Assembly (NCBI RefSeq): GCF_009834535.1
Contig: NC_045697.1
Span: 17,858,001 to 17,922,000 of the forward strand
Reading direction: 5' to 3'
Length of the DNA: 64,000 bases
DNA from: Camelus ferus
Taxonomy: Eukaryota
Numbering within the stretch: the first letter of the stretch is position 1; every line of letters starts with the position of its first letter. The translations under genes and the position numbers were made by a program. Under the pieces are notes generated by a model. It ran no database searches, had not been told where the DNA came from, and was given only the letters and a program-made list of their open reading frames with translations. Below, piece by piece: positions 1 to 14,192 of the stretch.

Positions 1-290
1 GCACATGCAATCTTTCCGCCACCATGTGAACAAATCTTTAGCCAGTTGGATGATGATGAGAAAGATGTAATCCAATTCCCTCCACTGCCCAAGTCAACAG
101 TCAGCACTGCCAGGGGAAAAGCAGCCTAGTCCCCTGCAGCTGGCCAGAGATCTAAGCATGAGCTCAGTCAACACTAGCAAAAGAGTCGCTCAGCTGGGCC
201 CAAGCCAACGAACTGTGAGCAAAATAACGGTTGTTGTTTTAAGCCACTGCACTTGGCCTGATTTGTTAAGTAGCAAAAGCCTGCTGATAA
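1..290 (+). mobile_element. MaLR (MLT1-type) LTR, 3' part
   Basis: Typical MLT1 end: gaactgtgagcaaaataacggttgttgttttaagccact...gatttgttaagtagcaa. Confidence 0.65.
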
Positions 291-484
291 TGGGAGTCAT
301 TAAAAGGTAGGGGTAGGCGAATGATGTGAACAAATATGATATGCTATCCAGATAGATGTATACTTAGGAAATTGTAGGCATATCATAAATATTAGATTAA
401 GCCAAATAATTATTAATGTAAATTTCCTTCAAAATAAAGAAGTTGACGAATAATTACTGAGTGTGGAAGGTTCATGATATTCTA

Positions 485-652
485 CACCCTTGCTACTCAA
501 GGTGTTGTCTGTGGGCCAGAGGCATCAGCATTACCTGGAGCTTATTGGAAAAACATAATTTAGGCTCCACACCAGACCTATTGAATCAGAATATGAATTG
601 CAACAACATCCCCTGGAGATTCTCTGGCACTATGAAAATTTGAGAAGCACTA
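485..652. mobile_element. MER5-like hAT-Charlie MITE
   Basis: ctactcaaggtgt...gcatcagcattacctggagctt...ccagacctattgaatcagaa...tttgagaagcact. Confidence 0.7.
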
Positions 653-846
653 TCCTATTCTGAAAATGCAAACTGAATCCACATTGAGCATTCACCTAAA
701 CTTTCCTATTCTGGTCAGATATTTTTACTTCTTTAAATGCTTTAATATACCTTCCTTCCTGCCTGCTCCTTACCATAGCTTTAGTTAAAGCAACCCCCAC
801 CCCTCCAAAAAAAACCACCTTTATCCTTTGAAGTTGTATTCTCAAG

Positions 847-850
<4 letters not shown>

Positions 851-887
<37 letters not shown>

Positions 888-892
888 TGTGT
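851..892. repeat. Interrupted (TG)n microsatellite
   Basis: (TG)15 followed by (GT)6. Confidence 0.95.
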
Positions 893-1619
893 TCTTGGGA
901 ACTTTGACTAGGGCCCAATAAATTAAACTGCTTTTCCCATCCAAGTTTTGAACCAATTGAGAAATAAGACAAAAGATGAGGCAGACAGAGGCCAAAATAT
1001 CCTCCTTAACTCTGATAAAGTCTAGGTTAGAGGCACTGCCAAATGGGTTCCTCTCCAGCATCCAGCATCAACCAGAGTAAACCATAATGAGTGCTGGCCC
1101 AGGGCAGTCCCTCCAAAGAGAAGGAAGAAGGCCTGGCTGGAGGGAGGGGTGGGAGTGAGTGAGGGGCTGGAGAATCACCTGTACAGAAAAGAAACACTGG
1201 GGATGGAGATAGGTATGTGTGTGGTGGTGCTGATAAGAGAGCTGTTTTCTATAACACGTGGACATCATAATTGCTTAGAAGTTTCTTAAGAGCCAAATTC
1301 TTTAGAAACGATCTTTAAGGATGTTTGATTGATGGTGTGGTCTTCTGTGAAAATGAAATAATGAAGATTATAATTTGTGACTTTTAAAAAATGGTAACAG
1401 AGTTTAGGCTGAATAGTAATGATAACAAGGAATATGTTTGAAAGATTAGGAATAAGAATAGTGCCAAAACTGAGGTGAAAGAAAAGCAATGTAGATTTGG
1501 GGAAGCAGGAATTTATTTATGGAGATTGATATTTGACCCAGGAGTGGAGAAAACAATGACTTATATATTGTGCCATACCTTGAGTTGCCCTAAGACACTA
1601 CACTATTACTATTACTAAT

Positions 1620-1870
1620 TATCATGATAAGCTTGGTTAAGCTTTTTGAGTACTTATGTATTGAACTATAAGAGATGAACCTACTGTTCAGTACTGAACT
1701 ATAAGAACAATATTTTATCTAAACCTCTTATCAAATCAGCGAGGTCAGTATTTTTATTACCAGTGTTCTCATTTTGTCGATGAGGACATCAAGACTTAGA
1801 AACGTTAATAACTCATCCAAGGTCACACAACTAGTAAATGGCAGAGCAAGGATTCAAACCCCCATCACCA
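1620..1870 (-). mobile_element. MIR SINE
   Basis: MIR core in reverse: ctcattttgtcgatgaggac...aaggtcacacaactagtaaatggcagagcaaggattcaaaccc. Confidence 0.75.
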
Positions 1871-2699
1871 GTTTCTTCTTTCAACCTTGTCCCTTTTATC
1901 CTTGTTTTATGGTCATATATATTTGTTACCTTCTTTTAAAATAACTTTTTATTATTTCTATCTCAAGTGCAATGCATTTTGGTTATATTTCTGAAAAATT
2001 AGAAAATACAGATTTAAAAAAAAGAAGAAAATAAGAATTGCCCATAATTTTTGCAAAAGGGATAACCACTATTAAAATTGTGGTATATATCCATCCAGTC
2101 TCTCCCCTGTGCACATATTTACTACTTTCATTGTTGTTTTACAAAAACAGGAACATGTTATCAACATGTTTATTTACCTGCTTTCCATGCTTAACAATGC
2201 TTTATAGACATTTTCCATGTCATTCTAAATCATGTTTTCTTCTACAATACCATTTTGAGCATCGCATTTTATTCTGTTGTATGAATCCCTCATAATGTAT
2301 TTAGCCAACCTCCTATTACAGCTTATTTAGATTGTTAAAATATTTTCATTATTATAAACAATTCTGTGATGAAAACTTTTACGGTATCATCTTTCCATTC
2401 ACCCTTATTTCAGGCACTATTTTTGCCTACCCCAAAGCCATTTCTTCTCCTGGTTTTTCCTCCTAAGGAAACTTCTATTTTCAGAAGTTAGAAGAGAGGT
2501 GTCCTTTGATCTAAACAACTTTCCTCAATCCCTGTTACAGAGTTGAATGAGGTCATGTGACTGAGTTCTAACCAATGAGATGCAAGTGAAAGTGATCTGT
2601 GCTATTTCCTAATCAGAGTTTGAAGGGCTTCTTCCATTCTCTCTGTTCTCATCCTCTAGAGAGTTACAACTGCAACTATGCCACGGCCTAGAGGGTGGC

Positions 2700-3188
2700 T
2701 GTATTAGTCAGGGTTCTCCAGAGAAACAGGACTAATAGGATATGTATATAGAAACAGCTTTACTATAAGGAATTGGCTCACATGATCCTGGAGGCTGAAA
2801 ATTCTGAGATCTGCAGATGGCAAGCTGGTGTTCCAGAAGAGCCAATAGTCCAGTTCTAGTCCAAGTCCAAAGGCCTAAGAACCAGGAGAGCTAATGTGTA
2901 TCTGAGTCCACATCTGAGTCCAAAGACAGGAGAAGACTGATGCCCTGACTCAAAGACAGTAAGGCAGAAAGAGTTCTTTCTTACTCAGCCTTTTATTTCG
3001 TTCAGGCCTCCAATGGATTAGACGAGATCCAAATTCATTGGGGAGGACAAGCTGCTTTACTCAGGCTACTGATTCAAATATAATCTCATCCAGAAACACC
3101 CTCACAGACACACCCAGAGATAATGTTTAACCACATCTCTGGGCACCCCATGACCCAGTCCAGTCAACACATAAAATTAACCGTCAAA
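2700..3188 (-). mobile_element. MLT2-type ERVL solo LTR with 5-bp TSD, nested in an older MLT1 LTR
   Basis: Starts tgtattagtcagggttctccagagaaacag and ends ccagtcaacacataaaattaaccgtca. GTGGC is duplicated at 2695-2699 and 3189-3193. Flanks (about 2410-2699 and 3194-3300) look MLT1-like. Confidence 0.85.
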
Positions 3189-3554
3189 GTGGCAGAGAAG
3201 TGTGGGTCACCTGAAAAGGAGAAATGCTTGTGAGACAGGAAAATCTTCCTTGAACTCTTCCGTGGGTAAAAAATAGATTTCTATGATGTTGGAGCCATTA
3301 TGCAAATATTTCTGCTGTGACATAAGAGGCATTGCTGAAAAACCACACATTCAGCATAATTATACATTCAAAATAATGCTTTTAGGAATATTAGGATTAT
3401 AGTCAGACTACTAAAAATTTACACAACTTTTTAATGAGAGCACTAACAAAAACAGTAATTGGTACCTTGAGAGACAACTTGGACCGTCCAGGCAGGAAGC
3501 TCAGCATGGTTGGAAGTCGCTTCCAGGCTATTAAAATGCTATTAAAAATAATTG

Positions 3555-3965
3555 TGTGAAATTAGAGAGACAGAGAACAGATTAGCTATTGCTAGGGGTT
3601 AGAGATGGTGGCGGAAGAGGCTGGGCATGGCTGTGAAGGAGGAGTGCAAGGGAGCCTTGTGGTGCTGAAACAGTTCTATAGCTCAGATTTGGTACTAGTT
3701 ATGCTGATCTTCACATGTGATCAGTTTGCCTGGATCTATACATACACACACACACAGTGCAGGTAAAAATGGTCAAATCTGAAGAAGCTCTGTGAATTAT
3801 ACCAACGACCAATGTCGGTTTCCTGGCTTTGATATCGTACTACAGTCATGCAAGATGTTCCCATCGGGGAGACTGGGTGCAGGGTGTGTGGGACCTCCCT
3901 GTACACTTTTTTTTTTCCTTGATATTTCTGACAAATCTGTAATTATCCCCAAATCAAAAGTTTTT
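3555..3965 (+). mobile_element. Old L1M 3' UTR fragment
   Basis: gagacagagaacagattagctattgctagggg...gggacctccctgtacact...tctgtaattatccccaaatcaaaag. Confidence 0.65.
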
Positions 3966-6739
3966 TTTAAAAATTGGGCAAAAATGCTGTCTGTGGTTGT
4001 AGAAGTAATACAGATGGAAAGGAAGCTCTGAGCCAGGGGGAGCTGCATCTGGGCCACCAGAGGAGGAGACGCAGGCTGCACTGAGCAGGATGGGGAGGAT
4101 ACCTGTCTGGAAAGGGAGCCCAAGATACTGCATTTATTTTTATTTTCTTAACAAATATGTGAAAGAGTTCTTGCCTGTGTATCAGCCAAGCTGAGGGCTT
4201 TTTCTGTTCTCGTCGAGGGTTATAATTCTACTGTCACTATTCAAGCTCTTCTTCTTTCAAAGCATGTTAATGTTTTGGATTTGGCTTGTTTTCTCTCTTT
4301 GTTCCAGATCTATCTAGTCATTTAGAAAGATATACTTGACTGCATGTGGGACATTTGCAAAATATAAGCCATAAAATATTTAAGGGACAGGCAGCTTCAA
4401 ATCCTATGAATAGACCTGCCCTTCATGGAGATGTCCAGGCATATATTTCTAGGAACAGGCTTCTGCAGATTGTTGATGTCCCAGTGTGTAAAGGAATGCA
4501 CAAGACTCAATCAGAACATAGTTGGTGACTGTAAAAGCCCTCAACTCAGAGGTCTTAACCATCAGTGCATAGGAATCACCAGGGGCATTTGCTTAAAATG
4601 CTGGTACCTGATCTCCTATTCCCAGAGTTTCTGAGTCCTTTGGTCAATGGATAAGGTCCAGGGATAGGCAGTGTAACAAGCACCCCAGACAGTGTGGCTG
4701 CTGCCTGTCTGAGGATCTCTCTTTGAAAAACACAGACTTACATCCTCAACAAGGAGGAGGCTGGCCCACTAGCTTTTAAGTATTTAGCCAAGTTCCTGCT
4801 GAAATAGTGCAATTTGGCTGAACAACGAGCTGTGGAAGAGATGAGTAGAGGCAATGCTTCAAAGACATGCTGAGCAAACTGAAATGCAAGTTAAAGCACC
4901 GTGACATTGCTTCCAATAGCCCCGGATTGACAGCAGCTGACAGTTGTGCTGGTACCAGTGTCACCTCTGAATACAAAGAACATTGGATATTTTGACTTAT
5001 TTCAGCAGGGATAAAATGTTAGGGAGGAAAATATTCCCCTAACTAGTTTCCTCCTCTGAAGTGTCAGTGTAGAATAATAATGCCTTATATTCATGCATCA
5101 GCTTTCCAATCACCAACTTATTTGAAGCCATCACAAGAGAGATCTTTTAAATTATCTGCCCTTAGGCAAATGGTGCATTTCTTGAAATTCCTTGAATGTT
5201 GAAAAAAATGCACTTTTGAAAAACACATCCCAAGTTCTTTATAGCTTAGAAACATTTCCTTCTAGGGGTGTTAGGAGATGTCCAGCGGAAGGAAAAGTGA
5301 CTACAACCAGAGGCAGAACACTGGTTAGCAGATGGTTAAAACATCAAGGAAAATTCCCTGCCCGTGGAACACTGTGTTGCATTTGAATTTATAAAAATTA
5401 TGAGAGCTATTTTTGCCAAACACTGTCCCTAACATTTATTGAAGAATATCCTTCTTACACTCTCGGAGACTCTGAAATCTGTCTGATCCATTTTTAGACT
5501 TTAGGTTTGCGATATTATTGGCTTCTCAAGGACAAAGACTATAGTTCATTGGTTTTGTATACTCAGCATTTAGTACACTCATTATCCAATATATAAAAGA
5601 TATCAAATAATGTTGAAAGAATGAAAGATCTCTTTTAGAATGCGCTAGCCGAGGGGAATTCAGAATGGAGCAGAAGGAGGGGAGGGGAAGGGTATCTCCT
5701 GGCCCCCTCCTTCTTTTTGCTTTGAAATTCATAGTACCTAACAATTTGTTCAGATCCAAAGAGTTAACCAAGCTAGATGAGGTGGTGGTGGGACTTTGGT
5801 AAACCACAGGGAGCAGTGGAGAGTAAGAACCAGCAAGTACCCCGCCACAAGCAGGAGATCTTCAACATGTAAGAGTAAGTTCCAAGGCAGGCTGCCCAAA
5901 TAGTAGTGTTTTAATCAATGAAGCAATGAGTGAATGAATCTCCACCTTTGCAGGTAAAGAAACTGAGGCTCAGAGAAGGAAAGTTACTTGCCCTAAAGGC
6001 ACAGTCAATCATTTGAAGATCGAACACTGCTCACACTGCCTCAGCCCCTCACTTCTGCTCTGAAGCAAGGACATTAGTTTGTTCTATAACAAAGGAACAT
6101 AAATGATTTATTAATATTCAGGTGCCCATTTACCAGATCATCTGTATTTCCTGCAGAAGGCTTATTTCCTCAAACACCCGAGTCATAACTCCGAGGACAT
6201 GCTGATTCTCTCAGAAATTACAGACTCAGCCTCCACATTCACAATGGCAGCTTCACTTTCAAGGGCAAACCATCACTAACATACTTTACCTCACAGTAAA
6301 CAGCTTCTAGAGAATTTCCCTTGGAGAGATAATATGACCAGTGATAAAAACAATTGCCCAAAGACTGGGTCTCATTGACTGAATCAAGCCACTTACTTAG
6401 CTTCATGAACTTTTTCTTTTCCAGTTTCACTGAAAAAGTATAACTAATGTAAAGGAGGAAAAAAAATTACCTTTTTCCTCTGGCCTCTTAGGTTCAGTAG
6501 AAAATGTTTATTATTACTTACCTATTTGGAGGCTTTCACAGAAAAGTAAGACCCAAAGACATGGATAGGCCTGAGAGCTTATATGTACCTTTTTAACAAA
6601 GAATGATAAATTGTGCAGACATGACAAGACAAATGAAAAAGGGGGTTGGGCTACGGATGGTAAATTGTGGGAAAGTGACTATAAAATATAAGGAGGAATA
6701 TATACATAAATTACCCTTAAACAATTGGGAATTTTAAAA

Positions 6740-7260
6740 CAAAACAAAATTAAACAACTTGGGTCAAAGAGAATTCAAAACTGAAAAACTGTATGGAAAT
6801 TAACAACAAGGAAAATATTTTATATCCAAGCTTATAGGCATAGGTAGTGCAATACTCAAAAGGAAATGTGTAGACTTAAATGCTCTCATTATTTTAATAA
6901 TCTGAAAACAAATGAAATATGTGGTCACTTTAAGAAACTAGAAAGAGAACAAAATAAAACAAAGTAGGAAAAGGTAATAAATAAAGATAAAAGCCAAAAT
7001 TAATCAAAGGGAAAATAAAAGGCAATGGAAAGAAAGTATTCTAAACTTATTTTTGAAAAAACATTAAATACTAATGAATTAAATGGTTAATTACCAGCAA
7101 ATCCAATCCAATTGTATGTTGGAAGGATGGTTATACCACTTCATGTCAGTTTTACTTCAGCATTGCTAGAATGGTTCAACATTATGAAATAATGTATCAG
7201 GAAAATATGTTGCATCAAGATAAGGAAGAAAACTATAATTATATCAATAAATGCCAGCAG
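6740..7260 (+). mobile_element. Degenerate L1 ORF2 fragments
   Basis: A-rich sequence with L1 ORF2 hallmarks such as aggaaatgtgtagacttaaatgc, aagaaactagaaagagaacaa and gaatggttcaacatta. Confidence 0.6.
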
Positions 7261-7702
7261 AACTGACCAGAGACACCAGACTGCATTCAGCACTCCTCTG
7301 GTTTTAAAGGTTATCAGACCTAATTCTGTTCTACAAGTGAGGTCACAATTCTCCGAGTAATAATAAAAGCAGAATGCGCCTGACTACAAGCTCCCTTATC
7401 CTCCTTTTCCCACCAGAAATATTTCTTATAAAGCAATAGGTGCATATTTATATTAACTAAAAACCTGTCTCCTCTACTGCCTTCATCATAAGTCATCTCA
7501 GGCATGCAGTGAAGGATCCCCCTGCAAATACAGATTGCCATGTGGGCCCTCTGACTTGTGCGCAAGAGATTCTAGATAACTGTAAATGGGGAGGATGCCT
7601 GTCTCAGTAAATGACACCACCATTCATCCATGTGCTCGGGCCAAGAAACCAGTGAGCTGCCTTGATTCTCTGTCCACCCCTAGCGCCTCATCTAATCCAT
7701 CA

Positions 7703-8066
7703 GTGTCTTAGCTCAGGCTGCCATAACAATATACCACAGAGTGAGTGGCTTAAACACAATAATTTGTCACAGTCAGGAAGCTGGAAATCCAAGATCAGGG
7801 TGCCTGCCAGGTGGGTTAGGGTGAGGCCCCTCTTCCTGGCTTGTGGAAGCCTCACTTCCTGCTGCATCCTCACATGGTGGTGAGGAGGTTCTTCCTCTTC
7901 TTCTAGGGGTACCTATCCTATGATGGAGGCTCCACCCTCATGACCTCATCTAATTCTAATTTCTTCCCAAAGGCCCCACCCCTAACACCATCACATTGTG
8001 AGTAGGGGTGGGGAGTTAGGGCTTCAACATATGAACTTGAGGGACATAAACATTCAGTCCATAACA
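7703..8066 (-). mobile_element. MLT1A-like MaLR LTR inserted into an L2
   Basis: tgtcttagctcaggctgccataacaatataccacaga...aacattcagtccataaca. L2 sequence on both sides. Confidence 0.8.
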
Positions 8067-8755
8067 GTCAGCAGGTCCTAAAGTTCCACCTTCAAAATAC
8101 ATCCCCAGATCCAGCCAGCATCTCCCCACCCTCACACTGGTCCAAGTCACCATTATCCTCTCTTAGATTGTTGCAGTGCCTCTCCACTGGTCCCCTGCTT
8201 CCACTGCTTCCCCCTCTGCAGCTAGGGTGATCTTTTTAAAACATAAATGAGATTCTGTTGCTTTTCTGCCTCAAACCCTTTAATGCTTCCCATTGTGCTC
8301 AGACACCTGTCGGGGCCTCTGATCTCACCGCCTGCTACTTGTCACCTTACTCACTCCACTCTGCCATGCTGGCCTTCCTGCTGTTTCTCAAAAACCCACC
8401 ACTCATTCCCACCTCGGGCCTTTGCATTTTAGGTGACTCTGCTGGGGATGCTCTTCTCCCAAATCTTTGCGTTGCCGACTTCCTTCAAGTCTTGCTTTAT
8501 GTCACTGCCTTGGAAAGGCCTTCCCTGAATGGACCATCCTATGTCAGCCTCCTTCCCCCAAACTCTAGCCTTTCACCCTGCTTTATTTTTCTTCAAGTGC
8601 ATATCTCTGTCTAACATATTAAATTGTTAGTTGTTTTTGTCTGCCTCCCACACTAAAAAGTTCTCTGGAAGGCAGACACTTTCCTTGTTCACTGTTCTGT
8701 TCTTAATGCCTAGAAGGTACTTGGCTCCTAATAGGTGCTCAGTAAATGTTAGAGG
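8067..8755 (+). mobile_element. L2 3' region
   Basis: Pyrimidine-rich L2 body ending ...taataggtgctcagtaaatgtt. Confidence 0.7.
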
Positions 8756-9029
8756 AATACGTGGAAATTTCTCCATTGTCATCTCCATATATTGCCAATC
8801 CCTAAAGTTGAGGGTCTCCAATTTTGAGGTTTGAGTGGTATCATAGATTAGGTTCCCCGGGAAGCAGACTCTGAAATGGAGATTAGCTTACAGGTTGTTT
8901 ATCAGCACCTGTGGGAGGAAGGGAAGAAAGCAGGATTGGGCAGTGGGAGAAGTCGAGGTGTGATGCAGTCTTAGCAGGAGCTTCAGCCAGCCTTACGAGG
9001 AGTTCTGAAGACAGACTGACCCTTTGAAA

Positions 9030-9465
9030 CTGTCCCCCCAAAGAAGTTATGTCCATATACTAATCTCTGGAACCTGTGATGTGACCTTATTTGGAAACAG
9101 GATCTTTGCTGGAGTAATTAAGTATCGCAAGGTGAGATCATTGTGGATTACCTGAGGAATTACCTAATACCAATGACAAGTCTCCTTAGAAGAGACAGAA
9201 GAGGAGAAGACATAGGGTGAAGAGGTGGCTATGTGCTGATGGAGGCAGAGATTGTAGTGATGCAGCCACATGCCAAGCAACGCCTGGAGCCACCAGAAGG
9301 TGGAAGAGGCAAGGAAGAATCCTCCACTAGAGCCTTCGGAAGAAGCACAGCTTGCCAACATGTTGATTTTGGACTTCTGGCCTCCAGAACTGTGAGAGAA
9401 TAAATTTTTGTTGTTTTAAGTCACCAAGTTAGTGGTGATTTGTTATCCCTAGGAAATAAACGCAC
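9030..9465 (+). mobile_element. MLT1C/D-like MaLR LTR
   Basis: ggaacctgtgatgtgaccttatttggaaacagg...ggacttctggcctccagaactgtgagagaataaattt. Confidence 0.8.
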
Positions 9466-9859
9466 AGTCCAAATAAGTAAAACCAGGTCAAAAGCAAGGC
9501 AGATTGATTAATAAAATCATGATGTATCAAACTCTACCACTTAGCCAAAATGTTCAGCCTCCTAAACTATAGATCTTCTATGCATATATCACTTTGAAAA
9601 TGAATGTTCATGTCATTTGTGAGACAGAATTATTTGGAGACTTGTATTTTGATTTCCCCAAGGATAACAAACCTTGTCTCTTTTTTAAGATCATACCACT
9701 ACCATACATCATTCAGGAACAATGAGACATTTGATTGTCCATGACAACTTTTCCAAGTGCAATATTAGAAACAAAGCAGGGACCACCTAGAGACAAATGC
9801 ACATTACGGCATGTCTGAATAAGCCATTTTTGTCTTATTTATTATGACTTCGTGTAGGA

Positions 9860-10560
9860 CTCATTCAAATACATTCAGCAAGCACTTACTGTGTACCCAG
9901 CAGACACCAGCCTCACTGCTGAGTGCTGAGCAGTCAGAGATGTGCTAGATAACAGTTCTTGTGGTTTAGTTGAGAAAATTAAAGTATACTGAGAGAGGCA
10001 AAGTCTCTTATGGTATGGTACATGTGACAAGTGAGAAAGCACAGTGGCAATGGGAGTACAAATAGAGGCGCCTGTCACCCATGGAACCTGGGCTGAATCT
10101 TGAAAGCATGGTTGACTGGACTGGGGGTGGGACACACAGCATCAGGAAGCAGTGAGTGAGAGCTTGGAGGTCTGGGAAACTGCCCGAGGGCCAGGATACC
10201 TGGATTAGAGAATTATATTTCAGAAAGGCTGAAGATGCAAATAGACTTGCCATGGTGAAGGGTCCTGATAAGGGGTTCAGATTTCATCCGTAAAAACATT
10301 AGAGTGCCATGAAAGGGTTTTACCCTCACCAGTTACTGAGTGATATGATCAGATTGCTTTTTGGAAACGTTCGTGTGCTGGTATATGGATGTTGGATGGG
10401 GCAGGAGTAGTCAAGGAAGCCAGGTTAAGAGGCTGTTGCAGCCATCCCTCCAGACTTCTTGAAAACCTGGCAGTAGCAATAGGGGTGAAGAGAAGGAAAG
10501 AGCCTGGAGAGGGTGTTAAGGGGCTAGTTCTTAGGACCAGATCTGGAGTTGGCGGGAGGC
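9860..10560 (-). mobile_element. L2 fragment
   Basis: cattcaaatacattcagcaagcacttactgtg start followed by purine-rich antisense L2 body. Confidence 0.6.
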
Positions 10561-12014
10561 AGAAGTAGTTTTTGAAAATCACCGGAACTCCATTTTTTGA
10601 ACTCCAGAAAGATTAGGTACTGCCTTTTTATTCATCTCTGTACCAGCCCAGCCACTTGTATGAAATAAGCCCTCAATTTCTTAGTAGTTGAATCAAATTT
10701 CCTAGGTTTCTATTAGGAACTGAATTTCCAGGTACTTTCCACGGCACTCTCGAAATACCCTTCACTTTCAAGTATATAAAGCTGTTATGAGAGAGAATTT
10801 ACGGCTCTCAGAAGGGCCTCCTGTTTTTGTTCGTCTGCCCATTTAGCAGCTTCTCACTGAATTAATGGCCTGGTGCATGAATCATGGTGACTACCGGTGC
10901 AGAATTAAGTGCTAACAAGAGGTTTCAGGAGAGCCGTCTCTGGTGCTGCCTGGAGCCCCAGGCAAAGGTCGGTCATGGTTGAACCCTCCACTCCAACCCA
11001 CCCCCGCCCCCAGGCCTCTCACTGGCATCGCTAGCATACATATTGATACTCATTCTGTAGAAAGACCCGCAGTTCAGGTCTCTCTAGCTACAATCCCTAA
11101 AGAAATTCCTATAGCACTGCCAATGGAAGCCTTTTTAAATCACTTTATGACTGACTGAGCAAGCAAAGCACTGTGCTCCTGAAGCACTGGATACAACTGA
11201 ATAGTAGACTGGCTTCCTGAAGGCAGAGTACTTCCAAAGTGCTTCGACATGTAGACTTTTACATCAAGAAGAGAAAAAACCAGAGTACATAAGACTATAC
11301 AGGAACAGCATGGGTAGCAACAGCATGGAGTCATTCAAGAGGGAGAGGTGACTTGGGGCTGGGTTGGACAGAGAAAGCCTTGCAGAGATGACTTGAGTTG
11401 GGTCTCTAAAGACAGTTAGGACTTAGCCAAAGTTCTGGAGGGAGGGCTATTGGCAGTCTGGGGCTGGATGATTCATTCATGGTATTAACACTTAGCATCC
11501 CTGACTCCTGCCCACTAAGCATCAGGGATCCAAAATGCTCCCTGACACACACACATTTCCAGATACCCTCTGGAGGGCTGTACTTTCCAGGGCATGAACC
11601 ACTGATGGACAGAAAAGGGACTATGAGAGAGTGATTCAAATGGAGGAGACCAAGGTGTGGGAGAGGACACATGAGACATTCTCAGACCACTGGTAGAGCA
11701 TTGTGATGGTGGTAGAGGATGCAAGTGGAAGACAACATTTAAAGCAAGCTAAAAATCAGGTTTGTCATTAAATGCTATTCATGACACATCTAAATGGCCC
11801 CCAAAGACCATGTTAAACACTAATGTCAGGTCTAATTAAGAAGTCAAAGGCATGTAGCAGATGGAATATGAGCTCTGACCTCAGACCTACTTTGAATCCC
11901 AGCCCCACCACTTACTAGCTACTTCCTGGGCAGGTTACTCAGGTTCCCTCAGCCTGCCTTATCAACTTCAAAATGAAGATCGTACTTCGTCAAAGAGCTG
12001 TTGGAATCTCATTG

Positions 12015-12435
12015 TGTTGGAGGAGGCCATTGGAGGACATGACTCCAGATGACCCTCAAGCTGGACCCAGGCAATCAGAGGCTTCTCACCCCCTGCTCCC
12101 CTGTCCTTGGAATGTGCATTCTGCCCACTGCCCTAGGAGCCACTTCAAGGACACATCCTTAGAAGGGCAATGTGTTACTAAGAGTCTAGACAGTATATGT
12201 GACTGAACCCCATTAAGGCTTCTACACAAACTCTTAAGATTCTGGTGCATAAGTGGGGAAATCTACTTACATTGCAACCAACCAAGACAAATCTTGTACG
12301 TAAGGTCCCTTGCTTATTAAAACTGCCAGCTACCAATCTGCAGTGGTCTGTCTCTTTCTTTGGATCTCCATGTTCTCCATGTATAAGGACCAGTTTTGAA
12401 TTTCACCAGGGAACTCCCAAGGTTGCCAACCAACA
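12015..12435 (+). mobile_element. Probable ERV solo LTR next to a MIR
   Basis: TG...CA ends (tgttgg...ccaaca), ATTAAA followed by a pyrimidine-rich U5-like segment. No clean TSD and family not recognised. Confidence 0.45.
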
Positions 12436-12579
12436 CAGCAATCTGATATTAAAAATATTTGAGCCTTGACATAACTATTTTGTAAATGAATATATGTTCT
12501 ACCAGTGTACCGAATTTTTTTTATAAGTCTTTTAAATTTTGGAGGTATGTTGCTTACAGTTAGTGGGAAATTTTTTCCT

Positions 12580-13335
12580 CCTTTTTGTTAATCAGGGTAA
12601 TATTTACACTAATTTGAAGTGTCCAGTTTGGTGAATTTTTGTAATCTCATTTAACCACCACGATCAAGAAATAGAACAATTTTCTCACCCTAAGAAGTTT
12701 CCTCATACCCATTTGTACTCAATCATCTCCTTTCACCCTGGCCCCAGGCAACCAGTGATCTGCTTTCCATCATTAGAGTTCTGCAAATTATAGAATTTCA
12801 CATAAATGGACTCACAGAGTATGAGATGTTTGTATTTGACTTCTTTTGCTTAGCATAATATTTTTGAGATGTATCCATATTGTTGTCTACATTCATATTT
12901 CCTTCTTTTTATTGCTGAGTAGTTGTCCGTGTTATCCCACACTTTCTCCACTCAAAGGTGATGGACATTTGATTTGTTTCCAGTTTGGGGCTGTTATGAA
13001 TAATGGTGCTAAAGCCATTCAGATACATGTTTTGCCTGGATACATATTTTCATTTCTCCCAGGTGAATACTAACAAGTAGAACTTCTGCTTGTGTGGTAT
13101 AGTTGTATAGTAACGAATATTTAACTTTTTAAGGGAATGTCATACTGTTGGCCACAGTGACTGTATTCCCACCAGAAATGTACGAGAGCCCCAGTCGCAT
13201 CACGTCCTTGCCAACACTTGGTTGTGTCGATCTTTTTCACTTTCTCCATTCTAGTGTATAGTGGTATCTCATTGTGATTTTAATTGATATTTTTCTGATG
13301 ACCAATAAAGTTGGACATCTTTTCATGTGCTTATG
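12580..13335 (-). mobile_element. L1M 3' region
   Basis: Antisense L1: gatggacatttgatttgtttccagtttggggctgttatgaataat...gtggtatctcattgtgattttaatt. Confidence 0.8.
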
Positions 13336-13789
13336 AAAATTTTTAATCAAAATATTTATCAAATGAAGTGCCAAAATGCGGTTGCTGGAAGCAGGGTTAG
13401 CAAACAGGGAGACTTGAAATCTGTCCTTTCATAAGCACAAGATCTACTGAATAAATTAAATAATGAGCCCCCAAATGATATACAATATTAATATTGAAAC
13501 ACTGTAATTGCAAGTGATATCTCCACTTGCAGGATGAATCATTTGCGGATGCACCTATTTTTAATTGGATAAATTTATGCTCTGTACTGGAATGAAATGA
13601 AATTTAGGAGGCCTATAATTATGCAGAATCGTAAGTAGAGACAACTTATTTGATGAGGGTTTTCTTATGAAATATTTGTTGAAGAAAGGTACTCTGAATG
13701 AAGGCAAAAAAAAAAGTCAGCATCTGTGAAAATGTTTGGGCTGAAATATTTACACATTTCAACATGCAAAACTTAAAATTATAAATATC

Positions 13790-14192
13790 CTCATTTTAGT
13801 TTGCTGGGGCTGCCATAGCAAAATACCACAGGCCGGGTGGCTGAACAGAAATGTATTTTCTCTCCGTTCTGGAAGCTAGAAGTCTCAGATCAAGGTGTTG
13901 ACAGGTTTATTTTCTTCTGAGGTTTCTCTCCTTGGCTTACAGATTGGCTGACTTCTGGCTGTGTCCTCGCATGGTCTTTTCTCTGTGCTTACACGTCTCT
14001 GGTGTCTTTCTGTGTCTAATTTCCTTTTCTTATAAAGACACCAATAAGAATGGATTAGGGCCCACCCTAATGATCTCATGTTAAATTAAGTGCTCTTTAA
14101 AGACCCTGTGTCCAAATGCAGCCACATTTTGACGTGCTAGGGGTTAGGGCTTCGACATAGGCGTTCTAGGGATATATAATTCAGCTCACAAC
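13790..14192 (-). mobile_element. MLT1A/B-like MaLR LTR
   Basis: ttagtttgctggggctgccatagcaaaataccacagg...aattcagctcacaaca. Confidence 0.8.

Noticed and set aside
4050..4070. CTCF-like motif GGCCACCAGAGGAG (a similar one at about 55976-55992)
   Set aside because: Only a partial match to the core. It cannot be supported without PWM scoring or ChIP data.
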